The notes: generated by a model not told the origin, from the sequence alone. A DNA stretch of 36,677 nucleotides from Mahellales bacterium (GCA_050945235.1 JBMNSO010000003.1:1-36677), one strand, 5' to 3'. Shown: positions 1-11,482, counted from the stretch's first letter. Translations and numbers: made by a program.

Positions 1-1
1 C

Positions 2-118
2 ATTACCATGACCATTAAGCTGATAACCCCCATAGCGATAGAAGAAGGATTAAGGTTCGCTATCAGGGAAGGCGGACGAACCGTTGGCGCAGGTGCTGTA
101 TCTAAAATAATCGAATAG
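2..118 (+). CDS. tuf: Elongation factor Tu, 3' end of a second copy (cut by window edge)
   Basis: Frame from nt 2 reads [38 protein letters not shown]; nt 1-127 identical to 16067-16193. Confidence 0.97.
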   Translation: MTMTIKLITPIAIEEGLRFAIREGGRTVGAGAVSKIIE

Positions 119-147
119 TATAGATCATAAAACTATATAATAATAAG

Positions 148-183
148 GGAAAAAGACCGGAAAATAAACTACGGTCTTTTTCC
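148..183 (+). terminator. Intrinsic terminator after tuf, possibly bidirectional
   Basis: GGAAAAAGACCG ... CGGTCTTTTTCC inverted repeat with A/U tracts. Confidence 0.8.
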
Positions 184-204
184 GTCTAATTGACCAGGCT
201 TTTA

Positions 205-233
205 TTGACAGGTTGTAAAAAATATGATAAATT
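205..233 (+). promoter_or_regulatory. SigA-type promoter for rpmG-secE-nusG
   Basis: TTGACA-N17-TAAATT with extended -10 TG. Confidence 0.75.
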
Positions 234-309
234 GGATTAGGTATTTTTAATTATTTCGATATACTGTATAGATTTCAATCCTGTATTCATAGGAGGTGTA
301 AGTGAAAAG

Positions 310-459
310 ATGAGGGTAAAAGTAACCTTGGCTTGCGCTGAATGTAAGCAAAGGAATTATAATACAATGAAAAACAAAAAGAACAATCCAGAACGCCTGG
401 AGTTTAAAAAATACTGTAAATTCTGTCGCAGTCACACCTTACACAAAGAAACCAAATAA
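310..459 (+). CDS. rpmG: 50S ribosomal protein L33 (49 aa, Zn-ribbon C+ type)
   Basis: Hand translation [49 protein letters not shown]; SD AGGAGG at 291-296; below ORF-track cutoff. Confidence 0.97.
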   Translation: MRVKVTLACAECKQRNYNTMKNKKNNPERLEFKKYCKFCRSHTLHKETK

Positions 460-516
460 TGGCTTAGGTATATAATGGAAGTTACCGGTTAAAATAAGAG
501 TAAGGATGTGATTACA

Positions 517-750
517 GTGGCCAGTGAAGTTTCTAAAACTTCATCAAAAAATGTTAAGAAAACGAAACCCAAAAAAGGCCTTATTAAGTTTTTCAAAGAA
601 GTGATAGCAGAATTGAAAAAGGTCTCGTGGCCCACACGCAAGGAATGGTTTACCTATACCACTGTTGTTATAGTAGTAGTGCTCATTGTTGCGGCCTTTA
701 TCGGGGTGCTGGATTTAATACTGAAGCAGTTTATGGATTTCATTTTTTAA
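517..750 (+). CDS. secE: Preprotein translocase subunit SecE
   Basis: ELKKVSWPTRKE motif plus one TM helix; between rpmG and nusG; GTG 517 preferred, 508 possible. Confidence 0.95.
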   Translation: MASEVSKTSSKNVKKTKPKKGLIKFFKEVIAELKKVSWPTRKEWFTYTTVVIVVVLIVAAFIGVLDLILKQFMDFIF

Positions 751-795
751 AAGTTAAAAAGGAGGTAGGGGGCCAGAAGTTCGGCTCCTTATATT

Positions 796-1314
796 ATGGA
801 AGATAATGGAAGATGGTATGTAGTTCATACTTACTCCGGCTATGAAAACAAGGTAAAAGCCAACCTTGAAAAGACGGTAGAGAACAGGAACCTGGGTGAT
901 TTAATATTTGATATAAAAGTGCCCATGGAGGAGCAAATAGAAGTAAAGAACGGTAAGAAAAAGGCTATACTTAAGAAGGTGTATCCAGGATATGTTTTGG
1001 TCAAGATGATTATGACCGACGAATCATGGTATGTAGTTAGAAATACCAGGGGCGTTACCGGATTTGTAGGCCCGGGTTCAAAGCCTATACCCCTTACCGA
1101 TGATGAAGTCAGGGCAATGGGTGTTGAAGACATTCCCATTGTATTGAATATCGACATAGGTCAGAACGTAAGAGTGGTTTCTGGTCCGCTGGAAAATTTC
1201 ATTGGGGTAGTAGAGGGCATAGACAACGAAAGGCAGAAGGTAAAGGTTGCCGTTTCCATGTTTGGGAGAGACACTCCTGTGGAATTGGACTTTGCACAGA
1301 TACAAAAGATATAA
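796..1314 (+). CDS. nusG: Transcription termination/antitermination factor NusG
   Basis: WYVVHTYSGYENKVK, YPGYVLV, C-terminal KOW domain (FGRDTPVEL). Confidence 0.99.
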   Translation: MEDNGRWYVVHTYSGYENKVKANLEKTVENRNLGDLIFDIKVPMEEQIEVKNGKKKAILKKVYPGYVLVKMIMTDESWYVVRNTRGVTGFVGPGSKPIPLTDDEVRAMGVEDIPIVLNIDIGQNVRVVSGPLENFIGVVEGIDNERQKVKVAVSMFGRDTPVELDFAQIQKI

Positions 1315-1364
1315 TATGGATTTCATTTTGCCCCCGGCCGATAATGGCTGTAGGGGCTTGTGTA

Positions 1365-1392
1365 GTGGGAGGGTAATTCCCGATATAACCAC
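1365..1392 (+). promoter_or_regulatory. Putative L1-binding autoregulatory site upstream of rplK
   Basis: GTGGGAG-GGTAATTCC-CGATATA-ACCAC fits the L1 rRNA-mimic stem/internal loop, just before the SD. Confidence 0.7.
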
Positions 1393-1415
1393 AATTTGAC
1401 AAGGAGGTGTAAACC

Positions 1416-1841
1416 ATGGCAAAAAAAGTAACAGCACTTATTAAACTACAGATCCCTGCAGGTAAAGCAACTCCTGCGCCACCGGTTGGCCCTGCTTTGG
1501 GACAGCATGGTGTAAATATAATGGGTTTTTGTAAAGAGTTTAATGAAAAAACAGCTAAACAGGCGGGGTTGATTATACCCGTTGTAATAACAGTATACCA
1601 GGACAGGTCCTTTACATTTATTACCAAGACTCCACCTGCGGCGGTTCTGTTGAAGAAGGCTGCCGGGCTGGATAAGGCATCGGGTGTGCCCAACAAGACA
1701 AAGGTAGCTACGGTTACCAGGAAGCAGGTAGCGGAAATAGCAGAGCTTAAGATGCCGGATTTAAATGCGGCTGATTTGGAAAGTGCCATAAGTATGATTT
1801 CCGGTACGGCAAGAAGTATGGGTATAGTTGTAGAAGACTAA
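1416..1841 (+). CDS. rplK: 50S ribosomal protein L11
   Basis: [20 protein letters not shown] motif. Confidence 0.99.
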   Translation: MAKKVTALIKLQIPAGKATPAPPVGPALGQHGVNIMGFCKEFNEKTAKQAGLIIPVVITVYQDRSFTFITKTPPAAVLLKKAAGLDKASGVPNKTKVATVTRKQVAEIAELKMPDLNAADLESAISMISGTARSMGIVVED

Positions 1842-1847
1842 AATAAG

Positions 1848-1885
1848 GTGGGAGGAGGGTATTCATATACCGCCGTTAGTACCAC
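1848..1885 (+). promoter_or_regulatory. Second putative L1-binding site upstream of rplA
   Basis: GTGGGAG...ACCAC with inner GGTAT/ATACC stem, directly before SD AAGGAGG. Confidence 0.7.
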
Positions 1886-1901
1886 GAAGGAGGATGTAAA
1901 G

Positions 1902-2591
1902 TTGAAACGAGGTAAGAAATACCAGGACAGTATAAAGCTTTATGATAAAACCAAACTTTATGATGTCGATGAAGCCATAGAATTGGTACAGAAAACAGCA
2001 AAGGCCAATTTTGACGAAACCGTAGAGGTTTCAATAAAATTGGGAGTAGACCCAAGGCATGCAGATCAGCAGGTAAGGGGTGCCGTTGTACTGCCCCATG
2101 GTACCGGCAAGACGGTAAAGGTACTGGTTTTTGCCAAGGGCGAAAAGGCCAAGGAGGCTGAGGATTCAGGTGCCGATTTCGTAGGGGCGGAAGAATTGGT
2201 TGAGAAGATACAAAAGGAGAACTGGTTTGATTACGATGTTGTAGTGGCCACCCCTGATATGATGGGTGTAGTAGGAAGGCTAGGTAGGGTATTGGGGCCT
2301 AAGGGTTTGATGCCCAATCCAAAGTCGGGCACCGTTACCATGGACGTAGCTAAGGCCATAAAGGACATTAAAGCCGGTAAGATAGAGTACAGGGTGGATA
2401 AGACCAGTATTGTCCATGCGCCCATAGGCAAAGTTTCCTTCGGCACAGAAAAATTGACGGAGAATTTTAATGTATTGATGGGTGCCGTCATAAAGGCTAA
2501 ACCGGCGGCGGCCAAGGGTACCTACCTTAAGAGTGTTGTACTATCCAGTACAATGGGTCCGGGAATAAAATTAAATCCCGCCAAGCTGTAA
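1902..2591 (+). CDS. rplA: 50S ribosomal protein L1
   Basis: [22 protein letters not shown]; TTG start at 1902 after AAGGAGG (track start 1848 lies in the leader). Confidence 0.98.
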   Translation: MKRGKKYQDSIKLYDKTKLYDVDEAIELVQKTAKANFDETVEVSIKLGVDPRHADQQVRGAVVLPHGTGKTVKVLVFAKGEKAKEAEDSGADFVGAEELVEKIQKENWFDYDVVVATPDMMGVVGRLGRVLGPKGLMPNPKSGTVTMDVAKAIKDIKAGKIEYRVDKTSIVHAPIGKVSFGTEKLTENFNVLMGAVIKAKPAAAKGTYLKSVVLSSTMGPGIKLNPAKL

Positions 2592-2600
2592 TTAAGTGTA

Positions 2601-2629
2601 TTGACATAAGGGTACAATAGTGATAATAT
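2601..2629 (+). promoter_or_regulatory. SigA-type promoter for rplJ-rplL
   Basis: TTGACA-N17-TAATAT with extended -10 TG. Confidence 0.8.
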
Positions 2630-2650
2630 CTTTAATTGAAAATCAATATC

Positions 2651-2763
2651 TACCGCAGACAGTAGGTGTTTTATACTTAATGGGATATCCCGCCTGCCGA
2701 GGTTATTAAATAGTGGGTTTCATACCCCTTCCTCATGTTTTGCGGGAAGGGGTTTTCCTTTTA
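2651..2763 (+). ncRNA. L10 leader (cis-regulatory attenuator)
   Basis: CCGCAGACAGTAGG...TTAA...CCTGCCGAGG core typical of L10 leaders, then ACCCCTTCC...GGAAGGGGT-TTT terminator, upstream of rplJ. Confidence 0.85.
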
Positions 2764-2799
2764 CTACGATAAAAATCACTTAAACAGGAGGTGTGTGTA

Positions 2800-3324
2800 G
2801 TGCCTATAAACAGGAAAACAAAGGAGCAGATAGTCTCACAACTGTCCAGTGATCTTAAGACGGCCAACGCTGCAATTTTTGTAGACTATAAAGGATTGAC
2901 CGTTGAAGAAGCGACAGAGCTTAGGAGACAGTTTAGGGAAGCAGGGGTAGATTATAGGGTAGTAAAAAATACCTTAACAAAAATAGCCCTTGAAGATTTG
3001 GGTTACAACGATTTGGTTTCCTATATGACCGGCCCGACTGCCGTGGCTATAAGTCAGAATGATCCCGTTGCTCCTGCCAAGGTGCTGTCCGATTTTATCA
3101 AGAAGCACAAAAAAATGGAGTTCAAGGTAGGCTTTGTAGACGGTAAGCTTATAAATGTTGACGAGATAAAAGACTTGGCAGAACTGCCGCCAAGGGAAGT
3201 ACTAATGGCAAAATTATTGGGAAGCATGAATTCCCCAATATCCAGTCTTGTAAATGTATTGCAGGGTAATATTAGAAATCTTGTATATACATTAAACGCT
3301 ATTAAGGAAAAGAAAGAAGCATAA
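2800..3324 (+). CDS. rplJ: 50S ribosomal protein L10
   Basis: DYKGLTV, VVKNTL, LAELPPRE; GTG 2800 after AGGAGG. Confidence 0.98.
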   Translation: MPINRKTKEQIVSQLSSDLKTANAAIFVDYKGLTVEEATELRRQFREAGVDYRVVKNTLTKIALEDLGYNDLVSYMTGPTAVAISQNDPVAPAKVLSDFIKKHKKMEFKVGFVDGKLINVDEIKDLAELPPREVLMAKLLGSMNSPISSLVNVLQGNIRNLVYTLNAIKEKKEA

Positions 3325-3355
3325 TAAATTTTAGATTATATGGAGGTAATGAAAA

Positions 3356-3736
3356 ATGACAAAGGAACAAATTTTAGAAGCAATTGAAAATATGACAGTT
3401 CTTGAATTATCGGAATTGGTTAAGGCTATGGAAGAAAAATTTGGGGTAACTGCAGCTGCTCCGGTAGCAGTGGCAGCAGCTCCGGCAGCCGGCGGCGCAG
3501 CTGCAGCAGCAGCAGATGAGGAAAAGACAGAATTTGATGTTATCCTTTCAAACGTAGGCGACCAAAAGATCAAGGTAATAAAGGTAGTAAGGGAAATAAC
3601 AGGTTTAGGCCTCAAAGAAGCCAAGGACTTGGTAGACAATGCTCCCAAGCCTGTTAAGGAAGGCGTTAACAAAGAAGAAGCTGAAGCTATAAAGGCCAAA
3701 CTAGCCGAAGTTGGTGCCGCAGTAGAAGTTAAATAG
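3356..3736 (+). CDS. rplL: 50S ribosomal protein L7/L12
   Basis: Ala-rich hinge, [19 protein letters not shown]. Confidence 0.99.
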   Translation: MTKEQILEAIENMTVLELSELVKAMEEKFGVTAAAPVAVAAAPAAGGAAAAAADEEKTEFDVILSNVGDQKIKVIKVVREITGLGLKEAKDLVDNAPKPVKEGVNKEEAEAIKAKLAEVGAAVEVK

Positions 3737-3754
3737 TTTATCTTTGAAATTGTC

Positions 3755-3799
3755 GCATAAAATAAAAAGGTTCTCACAGGAGACCTTTTTATTTTATGC
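3755..3799 (+). terminator. Intrinsic terminator after rplL
   Basis: GCATAAAATAAAAAGGT...ACCTTTTTATTTTATGC long inverted repeat. Confidence 0.85.
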
Positions 3800-3846
3800 C
3801 CAGTCAAATGGTCACTAAATCTTGTCCAAAACATACTTGATTATTA

Positions 3847-3875
3847 TTGACATAATATAAATAATGTGGTAATAT
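3847..3875 (+). promoter_or_regulatory. SigA-type promoter for rpoBC
   Basis: TTGACA-N17-TAATAT with extended -10 TG. Confidence 0.8.
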
Positions 3876-4070
3876 TATTTACTGCATTAGTATATAGTTA
3901 GCAATATTTGAATTTTTTGCTTATTTACATTTTACAACGAATAAGTACTAAATTTCAAGGGAATAATAAACATTAATGCTAATTAGTAGAATTATCCAAA
4001 AGCGGAACTCTTACTAATTAAGGGGGCCTTTTGGCATTTTTTACTTTATAAAGCTGAGGGGTGAATATTT

Positions 4071-7000
4071 ATGATACATTCTGTGCAAGTAGGGAAAAAG
4101 ACCAGGATGAGTTTTTCAAAGATCGAAGAAGTACTGGAGATGCCCAACCTGATAGAGGTACAAAAAAACTCCTACAATTGGTTCTTAAAGGAAGGCTTGC
4201 GGGAGGTCTTTGACGATATCTCCCCCATCGCCGATTATACCGAAAACCTCATCCTAGAATTTGTTGATTATTCGATCGACGGTGAGCCCAAGTATTCTGT
4301 GGAAGAGTGCAAGGAAAGAGATGTAACCTACTCTGCACCTTTAAAGGTTAAAATTAGACTCATTAACAAGGAAACAGGGGAAGTGAAGGAACAGGAAGTC
4401 TTTATGGGCGATTTTCCCCTTATGACAGAGCAAGGTACCTTCATAATAAATGGTGCCGAGAGGGTGATTGTAAGCCAATTGGTTAGGTCCCCCGGGGTTT
4501 ATTACGCTGAACAGATAGATAAGACCGGTAAACGGTTGCATTCGGCTACTATCATACCCAATAGAGGTGCATGGCTGGAATATGAGACCGATTCCAATGA
4601 TATCATCTCGGTTAGGGTGGATAGGACAAGGAAACTCCCTATCACGGTACTGATAAGGGCTTTAGGTTATGGTACCGATGCACAGATTATCAATCTGTTG
4701 GGTGAGGATCAGAAAATACTGGCTACAATAGAAAAGGACAATTGCAAGAGCGAAGAAGAAGGCTTACTGGAAGTTTACAAGCGCTTGAGGCCGGGTGAGC
4801 CTCCCACTGTGGAAAGCGCCAAATCCCTAATAAATTCTCTGTTTTTCGATGCCAAGAGGTATGACTTGGCCAGGGTAGGAAGATATAAATTCAATAAAAA
4901 ACTGGCGTTAAGTTCAAGAATCATAGGGCACAGGCCATATGCTGATATAGTTCATCCCAAAACAGGAGAGGTATTAGCACAAAAGGATATTAAAATAGAT
5001 AGGAAAACTGCTATTGCCATACAAAATGCGGGAGTAAATTCTGTCGAATTAACCTTCGACGGCAGGCCCGTAAAGGTCATTGGAAACAATTTTGTGGATA
5101 TAAAGGGTTTTGTGGATTTCGATGTTGAAGAGCTGGGTATTACTGAAAGGGTGCACTACCCTACCTTAAAGGAGATGATGGACAGCTGTTCTACTGAAGA
5201 GGAATTAAAGGATGCGATTAGGCAAAACCATGACAGGTTAATCCCCAAACATATTATAGTAGACGATATTATAGCTTCTATAAATTATAATATAAATTTA
5301 TCTTATGACATCGGTTATATAGATGATATTGACCACTTGGGTAATAGGCGATTAAGATCGGTGGGCGAACTGTTGCAAAATCAGTTCAGAATAGGCCTGT
5401 CCAGGATGGAAAGGGTGGTAAAGGAAAGGATGACCATCCAAGATCTGGATATAGTTACTCCCCAGGCATTGATAAATATCAGGCCGGTAGCAGCAGCCAT
5501 AAAGGAGTTTTTCGGCAGCAGCCAGTTGTCCCAGTTTATGGATCAAACCAACCCCTTGGCGGAATTGACCCATAAAAGAAGGCTAAGCGCCTTGGGACCG
5601 GGGGGACTGAGCCGTGAGAGGGCCGGTTTTGAGGTCAGGGACGTTCACCATTCCCATTACGGGAGAATGTGTCCCATAGAAACACCGGAAGGACCCAACA
5701 TTGGTCTTATAGGTTCTTTAAGTACTTATGCAAGGATAAACGAGTATGGGTTTATAGAAGCACCCTATAGACGAGTGGACAAGGAAACTCAGAAGGTAAC
5801 GGACGAGATCGTTTATCTGACCGCCGACGAAGAAGATGAATACGTCGTGGCCCAGGCTAACGAACCGTTGGACGATGAGGGGCGGTTCGTTGATGAGCGT
5901 GTTACTGTACGGGTACGGGACGAAATAATAGAAGTGCCCAGGGACGAGGTGGAGTTCATGGATGTATCGCCCAAGCAGCTGGTATCGGTAGCCACTGCTA
6001 TGATACCCTTCCTCGAGAACGATGACGCCAACAGGGCCCTTATGGGTTCCAATATGCAAAGGCAAGCCGTACCCCTTGTAAGAACTGAGGCACCCATAAT
6101 AGGAACTGGTATGGAGTATAAAGCGGCTCGGGATTCCGGGGTAGTGGTACTGTCCAGGGAATCTGGGGTGGTACAACGGGTCTCGGCCGATGAAATAGTA
6201 ATAATGGGGGATAATGGCCAAAGGGACGTATATAAGCTATTAAAATTTAAACGGTCGAATCAAGGGACATGCATTAATCAAAAGCCCATAGTGACAAAGG
6301 GTGAGAGGGTAGAAAAACAACAAATAATAGCAGATGGCCCCTCCACCGACAATGGCGAGATTGCCCTGGGCCGGAATGTGCTGGTAGGTTTTATGACCTG
6401 GGAGGGTTATAATTACGAGGATGCGATACTTATAAGTGAAAAATTGGTTAAGGATGATGTGTTCACTTCCATTCACATAGAGGAGTATGAAGCCGAGGCC
6501 AGGGATACCAAATTAGGGCCCGAGGAGATCACAAGGGATATACCCAATGTTGGTGAGGAAGTACTCAAGGACCTGGACGAAAGGGGTATTATTAGGATAG
6601 GCGCCGAAGTTAGGGCCGGGGATATACTTGTAGGGAAGGTAACCCCAAAGGGCGAGACAGAATTGACGGCTGAAGAAAGGCTATTAAGGGCCATATTTGG
6701 TGAGAAGGCTAGAGAAGTAAGGGATACTTCTCTAAGGGTGCCCCATGGCGAAGGGGGAATTATAGTAGATGTTAAGGTATTTACTAGGGAAAACGGTGAT
6801 GAACTGCCCCCCGGCGTGAACGCACTGGTAAGGTGTTATGTGGCACAGAAAAGAAAGATATCAGTAGGTGACAAGATGGCGGGTCGCCATGGTAATAAGG
6901 GTGTTATTTCCCGTATACTACCGGAAGAGGATATGCCCTTTTTGCCCGATGGCACACCCCTAGAGATAGTATTAAACCCCTTGGGCGTGCCGTCCCGTAT

Positions 7001-7889
7001 GAATATTGGCCAAATTCTGGAGACCCATTTGGGACTAGCCGCCAAGGCTCTTGGATGGGAGATAGCCACTCCGGTGTTCGACGGTGCCAATGAAGATGAC
7101 ATTATGGAAACGCTGGAAAAGGCCGGATATAATCCCGATGGTAAGTTGGTATTATTTGATGGCAGGACCGGTGAGCCCTTTGAGAATAGGGTGACGGTGG
7201 GTTATCTATACATGCTTAAGCTAGCTCATCTGGTTGATGATAAGATACATGCCCGTTCCACAGGACCCTATTCACTGGTTACACAGCAGCCCTTGGGCGG
7301 TAAGGCACAATTCGGTGGGCAAAGGTTTGGTGAAATGGAGGTTTGGGCCTTGGAAGCCTATGGTGCATCCCATACCCTACAGGAAATATTGACTGTAAAA
7401 TCCGATGATGTTGTGGGAAGGGTTAAGACCTACGAGGCCATAGTTAAGGGAGAGAATATACCTGAACCGGGAGTTCCAGAGTCCTTTAAGGTATTGATCA
7501 AAGAACTTCAGAGCCTGGCCTTGGATGTTAAGGTTTTGTCCGAGGAGAACCAGGAAATTCCGATAAAGGAAACTGTAGACGACGATCTTGAGGATTTGAG
7601 TGTTAATATAGAAGGTAAAGAAGACGAGGAACAGGAAGTAGGGTATCAGTACAAGCATCCTAAGGTGGATGACGAGGATGATGCCGGACTTGATGATTTG
7701 GATATAGATGAGTTTGATGACGAAATCGAAGAATTGGATGAAGGCTTGTTAGACGAAGGCCTGGACGAAGATATAGATGATATAGATGATATAGACGATA
7801 TCGGTGATCTGGACGATATAGACGATTTTGATGACCTGGACGATCTTGATGATTATGATGATGTAGAAAAGGATGATGATGACGAATAA
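4071..7889 (+). CDS. rpoB: DNA-directed RNA polymerase subunit beta
   Basis: [35 protein letters not shown]; long acidic C-terminal tail. Confidence 0.99.
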   Translation: MIHSVQVGKKTRMSFSKIEEVLEMPNLIEVQKNSYNWFLKEGLREVFDDISPIADYTENLILEFVDYSIDGEPKYSVEECKERDVTYSAPLKVKIRLINKETGEVKEQEVFMGDFPLMTEQGTFIINGAERVIVSQLVRSPGVYYAEQIDKTGKRLHSATIIPNRGAWLEYETDSNDIISVRVDRTRKLPITVLIRALGYGTDAQIINLLGEDQKILATIEKDNCKSEEEGLLEVYKRLRPGEPPTVESAKSLINSLFFDAKRYDLARVGRYKFNKKLALSSRIIGHRPYADIVHPKTGEVLAQKDIKIDRKTAIAIQNAGVNSVELTFDGRPVKVIGNNFVDIKGFVDFDVEELGITERVHYPTLKEMMDSCSTEEELKDAIRQNHDRLIPKHIIVDDIIASINYNINLSYDIGYIDDIDHLGNRRLRSVGELLQNQFRIGLSRMERVVKERMTIQDLDIVTPQALINIRPVAAAIKEFFGSSQLSQFMDQTNPLAELTHKRRLSALGPGGLSRERAGFEVRDVHHSHYGRMCPIETPEGPNIGLIGSLSTYARINEYGFIEAPYRRVDKETQKVTDEIVYLTADEEDEYVVAQANEPLDDEGRFVDERVTVRVRDEIIEVPRDEVEFMDVSPKQLVSVATAMIPFLENDDANRALMGSNMQRQAVPLVRTEAPIIGTGMEYKAARDSGVVVLSRESGVVQRVSADEIVIMGDNGQRDVYKLLKFKRSNQGTCINQKPIVTKGERVEKQQIIADGPSTDNGEIALGRNVLVGFMTWEGYNYEDAILISEKLVKDDVFTSIHIEEYEAEARDTKLGPEEITRDIPNVGEEVLKDLDERGIIRIGAEVRAGDILVGKVTPKGETELTAEERLLRAIFGEKAREVRDTSLRVPHGEGGIIVDVKVFTRENGDELPPGVNALVRCYVAQKRKISVGDKMAGRHGNKGVISRILPEEDMPFLPDGTPLEIVLNPLGVPSRMNIGQILETHLGLAAKALGWEIATPVFDGANEDDIMETLEKAGYNPDGKLVLFDGRTGEPFENRVTVGYLYMLKLAHLVDDKIHARSTGPYSLVTQQPLGGKAQFGGQRFGEMEVWALEAYGASHTLQEILTVKSDDVVGRVKTYEAIVKGENIPEPGVPESFKVLIKELQSLALDVKVLSEENQEIPIKETVDDDLEDLSVNIEGKEDEEQEVGYQYKHPKVDDEDDAGLDDLDIDEFDDEIEELDEGLLDEGLDEDIDDIDDIDDIGDLDDIDDFDDLDDLDDYDDVEKDDDDE
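7770..7868 (+). repeat. Degenerate 9-bp in-frame tandem repeat (11 units) in rpoB tail
   Basis: GATATAGAT GATATAGAT GATATAGAC GATATCGGT GATCTGGAC ... encoding (D-hydrophobic-D)n. Confidence 0.85.
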
Positions 7890-7928
7890 GTCATATTATC
7901 ACACTTACTAAGAAGGGAGAGACATTGC

Positions 7929-10900
7929 TTGTTTGAATTGAATTTCTTTGATTCCATAAAGATAGGCTTAGCGTCTCCGGATAAAATCAGGGAATGGTCT
8001 CGGGGTGAAGTAAAAAAACCTGAAACTATTAACTATCGAACCCTCAAGCCTGAAAAGGACGGCTTGTTTTGCGAGAAAATATTCGGCCCCCAAAAGGATT
8101 GGGAATGCCACTGCGGTAAATATAAAAGGGTGAGGTATAAAGGTATTGTCTGTGACCGGTGCGGTGTGGAAGTGACCCGTTCAAAGGTCAGAAGGGAAAG
8201 AATGGGACATATAGAACTGGCGGCACCGGTTTCCCATATATGGTATTTTAAAGGTATACCCAGCAGGATGGGCCTTTTGCTGGATATGTCTCCCCGTTCA
8301 CTGGAAAAGGTATTATATTTTGCTTCATATATAGTAATCGATGCTGGTGATACACCATTGACACAGAAACAGCTCCTCAATGAGAAGGAGTTTAAGGAAA
8401 ACTATGACAAGTACGGTACAAGGTTCAAGGCATCAATGGGGGCGGAGGCAATTAAGGAATTGCTGGAAAAAATCGACTTAGAGGAAACCGCCAGAGAGTT
8501 AAGGAAAGAGCTTAAGGATACCACTGGCCAAAAGAGGATCAGGACGGTGAAACGGCTGGAAGTGGTGGAAGCCTTCAGGAAATCCGGCAACAGACCGGAA
8601 TGGATGATCCTTGAGGTAATACCGGTTATTCCGCCGGAACTTAGGCCCATGGTGCAACTGGACGGTGGCCGGTTTGCCACCTCTGACTTGAATGACCTAT
8701 ATCGAAGGGTAATTAATAGGAATAACAGGCTCAAGCGGTTATTGGATCTGGGGGCACCGGATATTATCGTCCGGAATGAAAAGCGAATGCTCCAGGAAGC
8801 CGTTGATGCTTTAATAGATAACGGTAGGAGGGGTCGACCTGTAACCGGGCCGGGCAATCGTCCCTTAAAATCCCTCAGCGATATGTTAAAGGGAAAACAG
8901 GGTAGGTTCAGACAAAACCTGTTGGGTAAAAGGGTCGATTATTCCGGACGTTCTGTTATAGTGGTAGGTCCGGAACTGAAGTTGTTCCAATGCGGCCTGC
9001 CAAAGGAGATGGCCCTGGAACTGTTTAAACCCTTTGTTATGAAGAAACTGGTTGAAGAGAACTATGCCCATAATATAAAGAGTGCAAAGAGAATGGTTGA
9101 GAGGGTAAAACCAGAGGTTTGGGACGTACTGGAGGATGTGATCAAGGAACACCCCGTACTGCTAAACAGGGCACCCACTCTGCACAGGTTGGGGATTCAA
9201 GCCTTCGAACCGGTACTGGTGGAAGGCAGGGCCCTTAAGATACATCCCCTTGTTTGCACGGCATACAATGCCGACTTTGACGGTGACCAGATGGCGGTAC
9301 ATGTTCCCCTGTCTGTGGAGGCACAGGCAGAGGCCAGGTTTTTAATGCTATCCGCAAACAATATTCTCAAACCCCAGGACGGCAGGCCGGTTGTCAGTCC
9401 TACCCAGGATATGGTTATTGGTAGCTATTATCTGACCATTGAAAAAAAGGGAGACAAGGGCGAAGGAAAGTTCTTTTCCAGTAATGACGAGGTCTTGATG
9501 GCATATCAGACCGGTGTGGTGGGACTCCATGCCCTGATAAATGTCAGGGTTGCCAAGGAAATTGATGGAGTGAAATATACCAAGATGATCAAGACTACAC
9601 CGGGCAGGGTGATATTCAACGAGGCCATTCCACAGGATTTGGGTTTTGTGGATAGAAGCAATCCAGACAATATGCTGGATTATGAACTCAATACTCTGGT
9701 GGACAAGAAAATGCTGGGCGAAATCGTTGACAGATGCTATAAAAAGCATGGTTCCACCAAAACTGCCATAGTTCTTGACGAGATTAAGAGACTAGGTTTT
9801 GAATACTCCACTAAGGGTGCTATTACTGTGGGTGTTTCGGACATTGTGATACCTAAGGAAAAGAAGGAACTCCTTGAAAAGGCCGATCAAGAAGTTGCCA
9901 GGGTGTCCAAGTTATATAGGCGAGGGCTTATTTCAGACGATGAAAGGTATGAAAGGGTAATAAATACCTGGAACGAAACCACCGAACAGGTGACCAAGGC
10001 CTTGATGGATGTATTGGATGAATTCAACCCCATTTATATGATGGCCAATTCCGGGGCCAGGGGCAGTATAAACCAGATAAGGCAGCTGGCGGGCATGCGA
10101 GGGTTAATGGCAAATCCGTCGGGTAAAATAATAGAATTGCCTATAAGGGCCAATTTCCGAGAAGGCCTGACAGTTTTGGAGTTTTTCATTTCCACCCATG
10201 GCGCCAGGAAAGGGTTGGCTGATACGGCATTGAGGACAGCCGACTCGGGTTATCTTACCAGAAGGCTGGTGGATGTTAGTCAGGACGTAATTGTAAGGGA
10301 ACATGATTGCTTTGAGAAAAGGGGCCAGTCGGTAAAGGGTGTAGAGGTGGCTGAGATCAAAGAAGGCAATGAGGCAATAGAAAGCTTGTCCGATAGAATA
10401 ATAGGAAGATATGCAGCAGAGGATATCGTAGATCCTGAAACCGGCAGCGTTATAGTAAAGCTAAATGAAGAAATAACCGCTGAAGCGGCAAGGGCTATCG
10501 AAAAAGCCAATATAAAAAAGGTAAAAATAAGATCAGTACTTACCTGTAGATCGGAATACGGGGTTTGTTCCAAATGCTATGGTACAAACCTAGCCACCGG
10601 CGGACTTGTTAATATAGGCGAAGCCGTTGGCATCATTGCCGCCCAATCCATAGGCGAACCGGGTACGCAGCTTACCATGAGAACCTTCCACACCGGTGGT
10701 GTGGCCGGTGATGACATAACCCAGGGTCTGCCCAGGGTGGAGGAATTATTTGAGGCCAGAAAACCCAAGGGCCTGGCCATAATCTCAGAGACTGCAGGTG
10801 TGGTAAAGATAAGCGACAGCAAAAAGAAAAGAGAAGTAACGGTGACCAATGAAGACGGCGAAACCAAAACCTATCTCATACCCTACGGGTCCAGGCTGAA

Positions 10901-11468
10901 GGTGGAAAACGGCCAGACGATAGAAGCCGGGGACGAGCTCACCGAAGGCTCTATTAATCCCCATGATATATTGAAAATCAAGGGTGTTAACGGTGTACAG
11001 ATGTACCTTCTGCAGGAGGTGCAAAAGGTTTACCGACTTCAGGGCGTTGATATTAACGACAAGCATATAGAAATAATAATCAGACAAATGCTTAGGAAGG
11101 TTAAGATAGAGGATGCCGGGGATACCGCCTTACTACCCGGAGGCCTTATAGATATATTTAAGTTTGAGGAGGAGAACGAGGAAACGATAAGAAACGGTGG
11201 CAAGCCGGCTGAGGCAAAGAGGGCTCTTCTTGGGATTACCAAGGCCTCCTTAGCAACCGATTCATTCCTGTCGGCAGCCTCCTTCCAAGAAACCACCAGG
11301 GTGCTCACCGAAGCGGCGATTAAGGGTAAAACCGATCCCTTGGTGGGTTTGAAGGAAAACGTAATCATAGGGAAGCTCATACCGGCGGGTACTGGCATGA
11401 GCAGGTATAAAAACATAGCCATTGAGACAGAAGACAGCGTCCAGGATGCAGGCGTTGAAAATCAGTAG
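7929..11468 (+). CDS. rpoC: DNA-directed RNA polymerase subunit beta'
   Basis: NADFDGD active site, N-terminal Zn finger, TTG start after AAGGGAG. Confidence 0.99.
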   Translation: MFELNFFDSIKIGLASPDKIREWSRGEVKKPETINYRTLKPEKDGLFCEKIFGPQKDWECHCGKYKRVRYKGIVCDRCGVEVTRSKVRRERMGHIELAAPVSHIWYFKGIPSRMGLLLDMSPRSLEKVLYFASYIVIDAGDTPLTQKQLLNEKEFKENYDKYGTRFKASMGAEAIKELLEKIDLEETARELRKELKDTTGQKRIRTVKRLEVVEAFRKSGNRPEWMILEVIPVIPPELRPMVQLDGGRFATSDLNDLYRRVINRNNRLKRLLDLGAPDIIVRNEKRMLQEAVDALIDNGRRGRPVTGPGNRPLKSLSDMLKGKQGRFRQNLLGKRVDYSGRSVIVVGPELKLFQCGLPKEMALELFKPFVMKKLVEENYAHNIKSAKRMVERVKPEVWDVLEDVIKEHPVLLNRAPTLHRLGIQAFEPVLVEGRALKIHPLVCTAYNADFDGDQMAVHVPLSVEAQAEARFLMLSANNILKPQDGRPVVSPTQDMVIGSYYLTIEKKGDKGEGKFFSSNDEVLMAYQTGVVGLHALINVRVAKEIDGVKYTKMIKTTPGRVIFNEAIPQDLGFVDRSNPDNMLDYELNTLVDKKMLGEIVDRCYKKHGSTKTAIVLDEIKRLGFEYSTKGAITVGVSDIVIPKEKKELLEKADQEVARVSKLYRRGLISDDERYERVINTWNETTEQVTKALMDVLDEFNPIYMMANSGARGSINQIRQLAGMRGLMANPSGKIIELPIRANFREGLTVLEFFISTHGARKGLADTALRTADSGYLTRRLVDVSQDVIVREHDCFEKRGQSVKGVEVAEIKEGNEAIESLSDRIIGRYAAEDIVDPETGSVIVKLNEEITAEAARAIEKANIKKVKIRSVLTCRSEYGVCSKCYGTNLATGGLVNIGEAVGIIAAQSIGEPGTQLTMRTFHTGGVAGDDITQGLPRVEELFEARKPKGLAIISETAGVVKISDSKKKREVTVTNEDGETKTYLIPYGSRLKVENGQTIEAGDELTEGSINPHDILKIKGVNGVQMYLLQEVQKVYRLQGVDINDKHIEIIIRQMLRKVKIEDAGDTALLPGGLIDIFKFEEENEETIRNGGKPAEAKRALLGITKASLATDSFLSAASFQETTRVLTEAAIKGKTDPLVGLKENVIIGKLIPAGTGMSRYKNIAIETEDSVQDAGVENQ

Positions 11469-11482
11469 AGGTTGCTGTGTAT

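Noticed and set aside
460-507. Possible tRNA-Trp between rpmG and secE
   Set aside because: Spacer too short, no cloverleaf or T-loop motif
3455-3515. GCA/GCT-rich repeat in rplL
   Set aside because: Ordinary Ala-rich hinge of L7/L12
5505-5720. Rifampicin-resistance changes in RpoB; streptomycin changes in S12
   Set aside because: [29 protein letters not shown] and RVKDLP all read as wild type
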